Of a stretch of 64,000 bases of DNA, positions 51,010-63,463 are shown in pieces. The stretch is from positions 1 to 64,000 of the forward strand of contig CAXHJY010000660.1 in NCBI GenBank assembly GCA_964016885.1. The letters run 5' to 3'. The first letter of the stretch is position 1, and each line of letters starts with the position of its first letter. This DNA is from Eledone cirrhosa (taxonomy: Eukaryota). Below the pieces are notes generated by a model. The model saw only the letters and a program-made list of their open reading frames with translations, made no database searches and was not told where the DNA came from. The position numbers and the translations under genes are program-made.

Positions 51010-51118
51010 TCATCATCATTGTTTAACGCCCATCTTCCACGTTAGCATGCTTAGACGGGTTTGTCTCACTTGAGGCAAGATTGGTCGAGTGGCCACGTCT
51101 CGCTCATATAGAACTGTT
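51010..51118 (-). mobile_element. RTE 3'-tail-only insertion
   Basis: CATCATCAT...TTTAACG...TTCCACGTTAGCATG...CACTTGAGGCAAGA. Confidence 0.7.
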
Positions 51119-52721
51119 TCTATAAATATATATATAAAAAAAACATTTTGTATAGAAGTCAGAGATCATGTTACAACAATGTCACAGTGGCGTCACAAGA
51201 AAACAGTATCGTGTTTCATGGAAACTATCAACTGAAAGTGTGGCCATGTTTACAATTAGTCATGCTACGTTTGAACACAAAAGAACCAAACTGGCACTGT
51301 CTCCGTCTCTCCCTCTCTCATTATTATAAGCAAATGGGGGCCCACACACTGGCCACCACGCGACTTTTCCCCAGAGGATGGTGAAGGAGATGAGTTGGAA
51401 GAGCAATTCCAGCTCACACTTGTGGGTAGCCAATTCTGTGCTGATGGTGGTGACTAGGGAAGTGGCCCTAGGTTCAAGGAACCAGTAGTCTCCACTGCCA
51501 TGAGTTTGACCGCAAACCTGATGGAGAGCGACCAACAGTATTAAGTTGGGTTTGGAACATAAGTGATTCTTACATGAAATTATAATGAACATTTTTTAGA
51601 TAAATATGAACTTTAACATAAACAGTTTTATATCATTAAACTAGGGGCAGATTTAGGCAGTTTATCAAAACTGTTGTTTTACTGTTAAACAAATCAGTTG
51701 GAATTTTTATTTATTTACTTGCTGGTTTTCATAACATTACCCCTGAATTATTACTGATTTTAGAGATTGAGAAGTTACACAGTGGATGCAGCTGTGGTTA
51801 AGAAGTTTGCCTTTCAATCATGACATCTTGGACAAGTGTCTTTACCATAGCTTCAGGTCAACTCATGCCTGCTGAGTGAAATTGTGTGGAAGTTGATTGG
51901 ATGCGTTGAACCTGTAATCCTAACATTATGGGTACACGTGTCTGTGGAATGCTCCACCACTTAGAATATAATACAATGTGGATTGTACCTGTGATTTAAA
52001 GCTCCAGCCTTGTCACACATTGTGTTGTTGTGATTTAGTTCAGGAATTACATTAAGGGTACACATGTCTGTGGGATATTTAAATGTTAATTCATTGATTG
52101 GACATTCAGTTAATCAAACAACTGAGTGCTCATCATGAAATTGGTGGTCACCATTCCGTGTTAAACAAAGCATAATGGGGGGAGGGGTATTAGCTAACAT
52201 TGAAAGTTTGTATTTTTGGACGTTAAATGATGATAATGAACAAGAACAACGGTAATAATAATAATGGTTTCTAAATTAGGCACAAGACCAGCAATTTTGG
52301 AGGAAAAGGAAAGTTGATTACTGTTCATTACTGGTACTTTTTGTTGAGCCTGTAAGGATGAAAGGCAAAGCTAACCTCGACTGGATTTGAACTCAGACTG
52401 TAAAGGGCTGCAAAGCATGGTGTTTGACACTACCGATACTGCCTTAATGATAAAAATGTTTAAGATTTGCTTGATTGGGCTGTAATGGATTAAACCTAAC
52501 CTATTTATTTGGTTTTGTGAATCATTTGCTAGACAGAGGATAATTTGTGGAAGGCTAATAGGGTAATTGACTTAATATTATTTCTGATAAGAGGCAATTT
52601 AATCAGCTAGTTTATGTCAGATGATGGAAAATAGGTTAGAGCAACTATCATGTATTTCAATGAATTATACACACATGTATATATATAACACACGCGCACA
52701 CGTGTGTGTGTGTGTGTGTGC

Positions 52722-52761
<40 letters not shown>

Positions 52762-52763
<2 letters not shown>

Positions 52764-53055
52764 GCATCTGGCTTAGTGGTTAGAGCATTGGGCTTGCAAT
52801 CGAAAGGTTGAGTTCAATTCTCAGACCAGGTGATGTTTCCTTAAGCAAGACACTTTATTTCACATTGCTCCAGTTTAATCAGCTGTAGGACTGGGGTCCC
52901 TATCATTCCATTGCAAAGTGGTCGTGGAGGTGCCACGGCAAAAAAGCACCCAGTTGGTGTTAGGAAGGGCATCCAGGTGTAGAAATCAAGCCAGAATCAG
53001 TTCCCGTCCCACCCTTGCAAGCAGGGAAAAGCGGACGTAAAATGATGATGATGAT
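52762..53055 (+). mobile_element. Second copy of the RTE-tailed SINE
   Basis: Collinear with 50323-50665, with short deletions. Confidence 0.85.
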
Positions 53056-53082
53056 TATATATATATATATATATATATGTTT

Positions 53083-53615
53083 ATTGTTATACTTTGGGAG
53101 GGTCATGTTGCCAATAAGAAACACACGCACCAGTTTCTTTCACTTCAATTTATTATAATAAATTTATAATAAATTTATAAATTTCTGGTTGGTTGGTTGG
53201 TTCCACAACCAGATAGTTGTTTATATATTGTCATAGTTCTTTCGTCACACACTCTGTGACCTCTTCAGTGACTGGGGATTCCTTTCTTTGTTTCTGTGCC
53301 TCTCCTTTGTTCTGTCCTACGCCATTTTGTTTCTGTGTGTGTGTTGTGTGCTCAGTCTGCGCATGCGCCACATCCGGGTGTCTGTGTGTGTTTGTTCATT
53401 TATTTATTTGTTTATTTACATGTTACTGGTTGGTTGTTTGTTCTATGTGTGTGTGTGTGTTTTCATTTTGTCCTTAATTGTAAGTTGTGATGTTGCTGTT
53501 CCACTCATATTTTCTATTTAATTTTGGTTGTAATTCTTTTATGTTTATTGCCTCTGTAATTTGTCTAAACATTGCGTCTTTTCTGTGTGTAGATTCTATT
53601 TTTATGTTATTACAT
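53083..53615 (-). mobile_element. Penelope-like element, 5'-truncated: GIY-YIG C-terminus plus pLTR
   Basis: Minus frame 53611-53474 reads NNIKIESTHRKDAMFRQITEAINIKELQPKLNRKYEWNSNITTYN*, the R-x3-EA-x2-I...P-x-LN signature; followed by UTR with a hammerhead. Confidence 0.82.
53230..53272 (-). ncRNA. Minimal type I hammerhead ribozyme (Penelope-type)
   Basis: GUCA-CUGAAGA-G-GUCACA(gagug)UGUGAC-GAAA-GAAC-UA-UGAC; differs from the 17191 copy only in loop II. Confidence 0.78.
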
Positions 53616-53802
53616 ATAACCCTATTATAATAACAATATTGCTATATGTTATTACTATTGTAACAACTAACAACCTTACTATATGTTATTCCTACATCTA
53701 ACACAATTGCTATCAGTTGTAAATGGTAATACTGTTTGTATAAGTTGAATTGTTTTATATGTCTGTCTCGCTCTACATTACAACATAACATCTCCCTCCT
53801 CG

Positions 53803-53882
<80 letters not shown>

Positions 53883-54239
53883 CTGGCAATTAATATATTC
53901 ACATGACTATATTATTATTATTACATTAACTAGCCTCACCAGCTGTCAGTTTTCTTTCTACTTTTGAAATGTTAGATATTTCATAGTTGGAGCATGTTAG
54001 TGAATTTTGTAACATTATGCAATTTTACTATAAAAATGACATGGCCATGCACACACATAGACACAGTGACTGAGACAGAGACACAACAAGCAGTTTAAGG
54101 CTTTTACATGCTAAAGCAGAGGTTTCCTTTGTAGGCTTCATGGTAGGCCTGTTATCCATCATGGGGTCCTTTTGTGAGGCAATAACTTAGTTGCAAAGCC
54201 TTCTTGGTGTCAACCCTTTCAGTTGCCTCTCACAACATG

Positions 54240-54665
54240 CTGTGATACTGGTCATACTGGTGCCACGATAAAAAGCACCTGGTCAACCCTGTAAGATGGT
54301 TATACAAGTGTCAATAAAAAAACTCTTAGTCCACCCTGTAAGGTAGTCATACTAGTGCCATGAAAAAAAGCTCCCTGTCTACTCCATAAGGTGGTCCTAC
54401 TAGTACAATGACAAAAAAGCTCCCAGCCCATGGTGGCCATACTAGGCCCATCAAAATAGCTCCTAACTTATCCTGTATCGTGGTCATACTGGTGCCACAA
54501 CAAAAAGCATCTAATTCTCCCTGTAGGGTGGTCGATATTAGGAAGCTGCATAGAAAATCATGCCAAAAAACGGAACTTATGGACAAGATAAAGTCTGCTT
54601 GGCCTCACATGACGAACCATCTAACTTATGCAAGCACGAAAAATTGACCATTAAATGGTGATACA
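54240..54665 (+). mobile_element. RTE/SINE-type tail with tandemly amplified motif
   Basis: TGGTCATACTGGTGCCAC...AAAAAGC...CCTGTAAG recurs ~6 times, then an AACTTATGCAAGCACGAAAA...TTAAATGGTGAT tail. Confidence 0.55.
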
Positions 54666-54667
54666 TG

Positions 54668-54715
<48 letters not shown>

Positions 54716-55889
54716 AGAGAGAGTGGGGTGGGTTATAGGAAATATATTTGCCATAATCACAATTACTCACTCAATGAGATATTATTTGAACATATAATCA
54801 AGCAAACCAAATGTATATTTGTAATGTAGCAGTTGCATGTGATTGTCCGGGCCTCAAGGTTTCTGTCAAAACAGTAAGTTTCGATAAGTGGAATTTGCAA
54901 CTTGCTGAATACAGTGGCTGCACAGTGCAATCCAATAATGCAAAAACTTTATCAGCGGACTTGATATTTGCAGTGAGAGAGAGAAGCCATTTATCCAGCC
55001 AGTGTGTGAAAGAACTACTGTTGCAATATTACTGTCAGCAGCAATTTGTAACGTCACACATGGGAGAGCGACTTGTCGATCGCTATTGGACTGTGTTAAA
55101 AGCAGCAAAATTTCAAGTATCGTATAGAAGCTTAAGCTGCAATAAGGCAACACTAGTTGAATTATTTGAGGTAGTCCCTAAACACTCAATGATGTGTGAA
55201 ATGAATTGATTCCTCCATCAGAGTGAGCACATTAAGTTATATGAGGGAAATACAATATATAGACCAGGTGTATGATGATGAATACCAAAAGGGAAAAGTA
55301 TATATGTATATGTAAGTATGAAAAGATTTTAGTCTTTAAAACAGACACTCAGTCCTGCTGCGTAATAAAATGTAATCTCTCTGTGTGCATGTGTGTATGG
55401 GTTAGTCTGAAGAAGGGGCAGTGCCCACCCTTCTCCCTCACTAGTGAAAATAATGATTGATGTTCAGTTTGAACATCTGTAATTCAGACAGCTGCATAAA
55501 AATTATAGTTGGTAGGGGTGGGTTTAAGACTTCAGTGGCATGAAAGATTGAGTGTGGTGTGTGGGTTGGATGTGATACAGAGGCCATTGTGGTAGTGATA
55601 GAATTGTAAAGGGCCTCCAGCTGTAGAAACCATACCAAATATGGATCACCTGGACAAGACATTTTCCCAACCAGTCTAGCTTTGAACGGTTGCGAAAATG
55701 ATGAGGATGATGGTATTGATGATGGTATTGATGATGAGGATGATGGTGGTGGTAGTATTGATGAGGTGATGGTGGTATTGCTGATGATGATGGTGATGGT
55801 GGTGGTATTGATGATGGTGTTGGTGGTCTTTATGATGATGGTGGTGGTCTTTATGATGATAGTAGTGGTGGTGGTGGTGGTGGTGATAA

Positions 55890-56076
55890 TGAATGCCAAC
55901 TTACCTATTGGCAGTATCAGTAAAGGGTTGGACGCCATGCTTTCTAGCATAGTTACGTCCCTTTATGGTTTGAGTTCAAATCCCGTTGAGGTTAACTTTG
56001 CCTTTCATCCTTACGGGGTCGATAAAGTACCAGTAATGTACTGGGTGATTGCTGGCCTTGTGCCAAAAGTAGAAAC
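55890..56076 (+). mobile_element. SINE
   Basis: GAGTTCAAATCCCGTTGAGGTTAACTTTGCCTTTCATCCTTACGGGGTCGATAAAGTACC. Confidence 0.78.
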
Positions 56077-56187
56077 AATTATATATATATATATATATAA
56101 TGTGGGTAATAATTTATATCATTTATATTGTAAATTATATTATGCATGTGTGGGTGTGGTTGTGGGTGTCGGTGTGGGTGTGTGTGG

Positions 56188-56219
<32 letters not shown>

Positions 56220-56422
56220 ATGAAAGGTATAGAAAACATTGTAGCAAAAAGCCAACAGTATTCCATATATAAGTAACTATAGCGTCAAAATGGGAAAAAT
56301 AGTTAACATAAGATGTGAGAAAAATAATTCAAACGTGGAAGATAGACATTAAACGATGATGATGATGATGGCGTGTGTGTGTGTATATATATATATATAT
56401 ACACCCAACCACCCACTCACAC

Positions 56423-56570
56423 CATCATCATCATCATTTAATGTCTATCTTCCACGTTAGCATGGGTTAGACGAGAATTGTCCCACTGGAGACAAGATTG
56501 GTCAGCCGACCGTGTCTCGCTCGTATAGGACTATCTGGCAGGTTTTATCACTCGTATAGGACTATCTAAG
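56423..56570 (-). mobile_element. RTE 3'-tail-only insertion
   Basis: (CAT)n TTTAATGTCTATCTTCCACGTTAGCATGGGTTAGACG. Confidence 0.7.
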
Positions 56571-56664
56571 GTTTTATACCTTGCCGAGTGCTTGGCTGCA
56601 CTTCTGAATGCATTTTTCGGTTTAGCTGCGGCTCGAGCTTCAAATTATGCTGTACTCGCATTTG

Positions 56665-57030
56665 TATCATCATCATCATCATTTTACGTCCGATTTTCAC
56701 TACTTGGGACAGGAACTGATTCTGGCTTGATTTCTACAGCTGGATGCCCTTCCACACACCAACCTCATTTACATTAAGTGCTCAGTACTTTTTTGCTGTG
56801 GCGCCTACACGTCCACTTTACAGTGTGGGCTGGGTGCTTTTTTTGCCGTGCCACCTCCACGACCACTTTGCAGTGGAATGATAGGGAACCCAGTCCTATC
56901 ATCTCATTGCTACAGCTGAGTAAACTGGAGTAATGTGAAATAAAGTGTCTTGCTCAAGGAAACAACACATCACCTGGTCTGAGAATTGAACTCACAACCT
57001 TTCGATTGCAAGACCAATGTTATTACTAAG
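56665..57030 (-). mobile_element. Third copy of the RTE-tailed SINE
   Basis: Reverse match to 50323-50665 with one extra tail motif. Confidence 0.85.
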
Positions 57031-57031
57031 A

Positions 57032-57137
57032 TCTCTCTCTCTCGCTCTCTCTCTCTCTCGCTCTCTCTCTCTCGCTCTCTCTCGCTCTCTCTCTCTCGCT
57101 CTCTCTCGCTCTCTCTCGCTCTCGCTCTCTCTCGCTC

Positions 57138-57169
<32 letters not shown>

Positions 57170-57228
57170 GCTCTCTCTCGCTCTCTCTCTCTTGCTCTCT
57201 CTCTCTCGCTCTCTCGCTTTCTCTCTCG

Positions 57229-57276
<48 letters not shown>
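57032..57276. repeat. (TC)n/(TCGC) microsatellite
   Basis: Direct reading. Confidence 0.95.
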
Positions 57277-57280
<4 letters not shown>

Positions 57281-58435
57281 ACATATGGTACCACAAATGT
57301 ACTTAACCACATTGAGTGAAAATATTTAATCCAAATTTGAGTTGATTATATTTGTCTCTGTGTAGCCTCTATTCAACACTCAAACTGAATTGTCACAGAA
57401 GACAACCAATTAAATAATTGAAAGCCACCCAAATACATGTCATTCTACATAGACATTATTATTTTTTGACAAGTTATGCAACTATGTTAATAGGTCCCCC
57501 CCCCCCCCCCTCCCCCCTCATTCCAATTGTATGAAAAGCTGAAGTAATTTTCACAAATTTCAAATTGTTGAGTACTTTAAAGCAGTTGAATTGCTTGTAT
57601 ATTTAGTCTGTTGAGCAGGTAATTTTTTCTTTCTGAATTCCAAATTGTCTGCAGAGTGAAGAATTGATTGTTAATAATGTGATACAGAATTAACAGTATG
57701 AACTAATAGTTATTTTCATTTTTGTTGTTGCTATCCGCAGTCTGCCCTGACTGAGCCAGACTCTGATTGAAAGTGTTTCATCTATGACCAACATGTTTAT
57801 TATATTTCCAGACATAGTGTATATCTAAGACTGTCTCCAGTTAATAATAGGCACATCATATATCCTTGTGTGTCATATGAAGCAACTAGAAGAGTTGGTG
57901 CCAGGGAGGGCATCTGGCTGTATAACATTGCTTGAAAAAGGACTCCATGATGTGCCCAATGTGTTGTTATGTAACCTAGGACATTACAGGAGTGAGCAGG
58001 AGAAGAGCCATCAAAAACAATGTAGAAGTAAGAGGGAGGACATTCCAAAGTGACCAGTGGTGTCAGTAGATGACTACTTCAGCCAGTCAGGTCATCTGGA
58101 TCAGGATGTATGTTGAAAGATCTGAAACATCCAGTGACGCTAGGAGACAACATTGGTGATGTGTCCAAGTATCTGCTGCTGTAGATGTATGAAGAACTTG
58201 TGAAAGATCTGAAATATCCAGTGACACTAGGATACAACACTGGTGATGGTGTTCATGTTGTGGGGGCGTTTGTGTTGTTGTTGTGGTGGTGGTGGTGGTG
58301 GTGGTGGGAACATTACAAAGTACCTATTATGAAAAAAAAAAAGCTCATTAGTTACAAAGAGATTAATTGGAAATTAAGTTTGTCTGTATTATATTTTAAT
58401 TACAGTTCAATATATTTCTTTTTTCATTGTTACAG

Positions 58436-58521
58436 ATTAAAACCTACAATGTGGATCATGATAGGAAGTCCCCTTGTAGTCATGTGACCAAAGGAGGCTC
58501 TGAATCTTTTTGCTGTGAAAG
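58436..58521 (+). other. Candidate 86-nt internal exon of an unidentified host transcript
   Basis: TTTCTTTTTTCATTGTTACAG| acceptor and AAG|GTAAGG donor around unique sequence; one open frame IKTYNVDHDRKSPCSHVTKGGSESFCCE. Confidence 0.55.
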
Positions 58522-58962
58522 GTAAGGGTTATTTTCTGTAAAATTTGAAGGTATGAGTTATTTTCTGTAGAAGGTAAGGGCTGTTTTCTGTGAAAGTTAA
58601 AGGTTATTTTCTGTGAAAGTTAAGGACTATTCTCTGTGAAAGTTAAAGACTATTCTCTGTGAAAGTTAAGGAGTATTCTCTGTGAAAGTTAAGGAGTATT
58701 CTCTGTGAAAGTTAAGGAGTATTCTCTGTGAAAGTTAAGGAGTATTCTCTGTGAAAGTTAAGGAGTATTCTCTGTGAAAGTTAAGGAGTATTCTCTGTGA
58801 AAGTTAAGGAGTATTCTCTGTGAAAGTTAAGGACTATTCTCTGTGAAAGTTAAGGAGTATTCTCTGTGAAAGTTAAGGAGTATTCTCTGTGAAAGTTAAG
58901 GAGTATTCTCTGTGAAAGTTAAGGACTATTCTCTGTGAAAGTTAAGGGCTATTTTCTGTGAA
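58514..58962. repeat. 23-bp minisatellite, ~19 units
   Basis: GTGAAAGTTAAGGAGTATTCTCT; first units degenerate. Confidence 0.95.
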
Positions 58963-60193
58963 ATTTTAAATCAGAGACATAAGATAAAATGAAAATGATA
59001 TGCATTTTGATTATGTGTTCGTATTAATTCTACACTTCTATTTGTTTCTCTCTACTTGTTCTCTCTCTATATCTATTTGTCACTCTGTCTCTTTGTTTCT
59101 CTCTCTCTCTGCGCGCACACACGCACACGCACACACATCAAATGTTGAGATGTTTTCTTTCCATTTTGGCACCACTACCACCACCTCAGTTTTCAAAGTA
59201 CAAGACTCAACAGCAATTATGGAAAGAAGGCCCTGAGGGGAATTAATGATTTATTTGCTCGGAATGTATGCAAGAGAATCCAAAGATCTTAGTCTTTGTT
59301 GATGTAACACTGCTAATAATAATAATAATAATAATAATAAAAATATTTCTATCGATACATGTCTTCTGTGTCACAAACCATGTGTTTGATGTCTCTAGTC
59401 TTTAATTGCCTCCCAAGATTCAGTTTATACATGAAAAGATTATAAATGTTTCATTCTATTGGTTTGCGATCATTTTAAGGGGGGGGGGGGATTTTGCTCA
59501 TGGTAATTCTTTATTAGACAATTGACTTCCGATATTCAGTTTTCCAAATCTTGTAGTAGCTGGAAGTTAATAAAATAAAATATACTCAATCCTTTTAAAT
59601 ATATTGCAACTAGATTTAACAGTATTTCTCTAAATCTTTATTCTGTAAAATACCATATATACTTGTGTATAAGCTGCACCTCCATTTTATGTACTATAAT
59701 TACAATATTTCACATGTTTTGAATCAGTTTTGTAGGTCCAGTAGATAAGTTTAACATTGGATTTTTTTAGCTGTGTTTTTATATACATTTGTTTCATTTC
59801 ATATATTTTGAATTGAGCTTTTGTTAGTCCATTAAATAATGTGCATGTTGGTTTTATATACATTTATATACGTATATTTATATATACATTTACAATATTT
59901 CATATATTTTGATTGGTTTTCTAAGTATAGTATATAAAACACGTTGGTTTTATATACATTCATTTTATATACACATATAAGGGCCGAAACACTCGCTTGA
60001 GGTGGGGTTCGTCTCTGAAGACCTCCTTTTGTTCAGCTCTCCTGAGAGTTTCTTACCACATATAGATATACAATATTCCATATATTTTGGATTGAGGTTT
60101 TGTGAATTCAGATAAATCGCTTGTTGGTTTTTCAAGTTGTATTTTCATGGAGATAAATATGACCTGTACAACAGTGTATGTATATATATATAT

Positions 60194-62195
60194 ATCATCA
60201 TCATCATCAAGGTTTAGCGTCCGTGTCCCACGCTTGCATGGGTTTGGACGGGGGTTTTCCCACTTGAGGCAAGAGTGGTTGTCTTGCTCGCATAGGACTG
60301 TCTGGCGGGTTTTCTACAGCTGGATGCCCTTCCTAACACCAACCACATTTACAGTGTGGGGCTGGGAGGTTTTTACTGTGTTGCCTACACGGCCACATTT
60401 ACAGCGTGGACTGTGTGATTTTTGTCGTGACACCACGATCTCATTTGTTTTGGCCTGGATGTTGTGGCACCAACATAACTTTACATTGAAAGGGGCGATG
60501 TGGATGGGGTGGGGGTGGTGGGACGGGGGTGTGTTTTGATAGAGATGCCTACTGACTGTAGTAGGTTTTACTTTGTATTTAGGTAAGGCGGGTCTTCTCT
60601 ATTACTGAGTACCGCCAAAGGTCTCGGTCCAGTGACATTGTCTTGGAGAGGTGTAAGCGTGTGAGGTCGGAATTTATCATGTCGTCCCAGGTTTTTCTGG
60701 GTCTGCCTACTCCGTGGCTACTGTCTATCTTTATTGCCCTGCACTTTGTTATACAGCTGTCGTCTTTCATGCGTATCACGTGACCATACCAACGTAGCCT
60801 TCTCTCGAGTAAACATCTGATCCCTCTTATTTCTAATTTTTTCCTTAGTTCGTTTATGCTTAGCCGTTCACGTATATTACTATTGCACATTCAGCAGAGC
60901 ATGCAAGCTTCGTTCCTCTCTAGTCTGCGTATATCCTCTGCACACAATGCCCAGGTCTCACTGCCATGCAGCATTGCTGTTCGTATGCAGGCATCGTATA
61001 ACCTGCCTTTCATTTTTAGGGAGAACCCTTTAACGGCTAATAGTGGTATAAGCTCTCTGAACTTTTTCCATCCAGTTCTGACTCTAGCTACTGTACTTTC
61101 AGAGCACCCTCCCCCACTGCTGATTTTGTCACCCAGGTAACGGAAGCTGTCCACTATTTCTATAGAACCCTCTGCGCAATTGAAAGAGCTAGTATTTTGT
61201 GGGCACTTGCTGCTACTTATTGCACCAGAGCACCGGCCACATGTAAAATCTATGTTCTTAGTTAGCTTACCTGTGATCCCACTACATCTTTTATGCACCC
61301 ATACTTTGCATTTGGGACATAAAATGGAGTTTCTACCTACGCCTTTCCTACACACTGAGCATGGCCATTTCCCGGAAGGGACCACCGCCTTATTTTCTTT
61401 CCTACAAACTAGAACTTTAGTCTTAGCCAGGTTAATTTTAAGGCCTTTTGATTCTTGGCCGTGCTTCCATGTTTGGAATTTCTTCTCTACTCTAGTTCGG
61501 TCATTGATTCAGCTATGAGCGTTAGATCATCTGCGTATAGGAGTTCCCATGGGCAGCCGGTCTTGAACTCTTCTGTTATAGCCTGAAGGGCAATAATAAA
61601 TAGTAGGGGGCTAAGAACAGAGCCCTGATGGACACCAACTTTTACGCTAAACTCTTCACTATATTCGTTGTTAATTCTAACCTTGCTGACTGTTTCTTTA
61701 TACATGGCTTGTATAGCTCTCACAAGCCATTCATCAACACCTAGTTTTCTTAGAGCCCACCAGATAATGGAATGGGGGACTCTGTCGAAGGCTTTCTCCA
61801 AGTCGACAAAGGCTAAGTATAGGGGTTTACTTTTAGCTAGGTACTTCTCCTGTAGTTGTCGTACAATGAAAAGAGCGTCTGTGGTACTTTTGCCTGACAC
61901 AAACCCGAACTGCATTTCATCTAGATCAATTCTCTCTCTGATTAGTTGCACTTTTACTTTTTCCGTGACCTTCATGACCTGGTCGATTAATTTAATGCCT
62001 CTATAGTTACACCTATCTAGGGCATCTCCTTTACCCTTGTAACAGTTAATGATGATGCTGCTATGCCAGTCCTTCGGAACAACCCCATTCTGTATGACTT
62101 GGTTTACTATCCGGGTGACCATGGTGTGTCCCACCGTTCCAGAGGCTTTCAGCATCGTTCCAGAGGCTTTCAGCATCGTAACAGAGGCTTTAAGC

Positions 62196-62197
<2 letters not shown>
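60194..62197 (-). mobile_element. RTE family 1 LINE, 5'-truncated, ~2 kb, frameshifted
   Basis: ORFs 61487-62197 (RT, YADD), 60891-61385 (PHD-like, YLG) and 60579-60890; (CAT)n tail abutting (TA)n. Confidence 0.94.
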
Positions 62198-62227
<30 letters not shown>

Positions 62228-62373
62228 ATAATCAGGATTGAATCAGTTTTAAACTAGTTAGACCATTATTCAACAAAGTACTCCTAGTTGGGATAGCAGA
62301 GTATGACTATATTAGAAAGAGTTGGGCCCCGACAGCTGAGCTCTTGCCGTTTCAACACCTAGTTCCAGACTTT

Positions 62374-62430
<57 letters not shown>

Positions 62431-62433
<3 letters not shown>

Positions 62434-63400
62434 ATCAGCAATGAGTATAGCGAGGAATTTAACGTACAGGTTGGTGTCCACCAGAGCTCTGTTCATCATA
62501 GTCCTGCAGGCAATAATGGAGGAGTTTAAGACCGGAAGTTCATGGGAACTCCTGTATGCAGATGACCTCGCACTTATAGCTGAATCTATGGTAGCACTAG
62601 AGAAGAAATTCCAAACTTGGAAGCAGGGACTAGAAAGAAAGGGTCTCAAAGTCAACATGACAAAGACTAAGGTCCTTGTAAGTAGACGAGAAAACAGAAC
62701 CCAGATCCCCTCAGGGAAATGGCCTTGCTCAGTATGTAGGAAAGGTGTAGGTACGAACTCCATTCTCTGCCCTAAATGCAAACAATGGGTACACAAGAGA
62801 TGTAGCGGGATCTCAGGAAGCTTAATTAAGAATGTAGGCTTCACATGTAGCAGCTGTGCTGGGACAGCAAGCAGCAAACAGCCACAGGAAACAAGTACCA
62901 CCAAACTCTGGGAGGGCTCTGTAGAAACAGTAGACAGCTTCTACTACCTAGGTGACTGAATTAGCAGCGGAGGTGGGTGTTCAGAAAGTACAATAACTAG
63001 GGTAAGAACGGGATGGAAGAAGTTCAGGGAACTACTACCACTGCTAGCTGCAAAAGGCTTCTCCCTCAAAATGAAAGGCAGACTGTATGATGCGTGTATC
63101 CGAACAGCAATGTTACATGGTAGTGAGACCTGGGCGCTGAAGGTGGAAGACTTACGTAGATTAGAAACAAACAAAGCCTGCATGCTCCGATGGATGTGTA
63201 ATAGTAATATACGCGAACGGCAAAGCATAAATGAATTGAGAGAGAGACTGAGCATAAGAGGAATCAAATGCTGTGTGCAGGAGAGGCGGTTGTGTTGGTA
63301 TGGACATGTGATGCGTATGAAGGATGACAGCTGCATAAAAAGGTGCAGAGCACTAGAAGTCGATGGAAACCGCAGAGTGGGGAGACCCAAGATGGCCTGG
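62431..63400 (+). mobile_element. RTE family 2 LINE internal fragment, no 3'UTR
   Basis: YADDLALIAES...PHD-like...[11 protein letters not shown]...GRPK; collinear with reverse of ~19355-20340. Confidence 0.92.
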
Positions 63401-63463
63401 TGGTGGTGATGGTGGTGGTGATGGTGATGGTGATGGTCGTGATGATGACGATGACGACGACGA

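Noticed and set aside
54811-55209. 132-aa ORF
   Set aside because: No recognisable domain or clear splice context; cannot support as CDS
55441-56272. ORFs with poly-D/M/V or poly-T/I
   Set aside because: Trinucleotide (GAT/GGT) repeat plus SINE sequence
59980-60055. CCGAAAC and CTGAAGA motifs close together
   Set aside because: Could not build the three hammerhead stems
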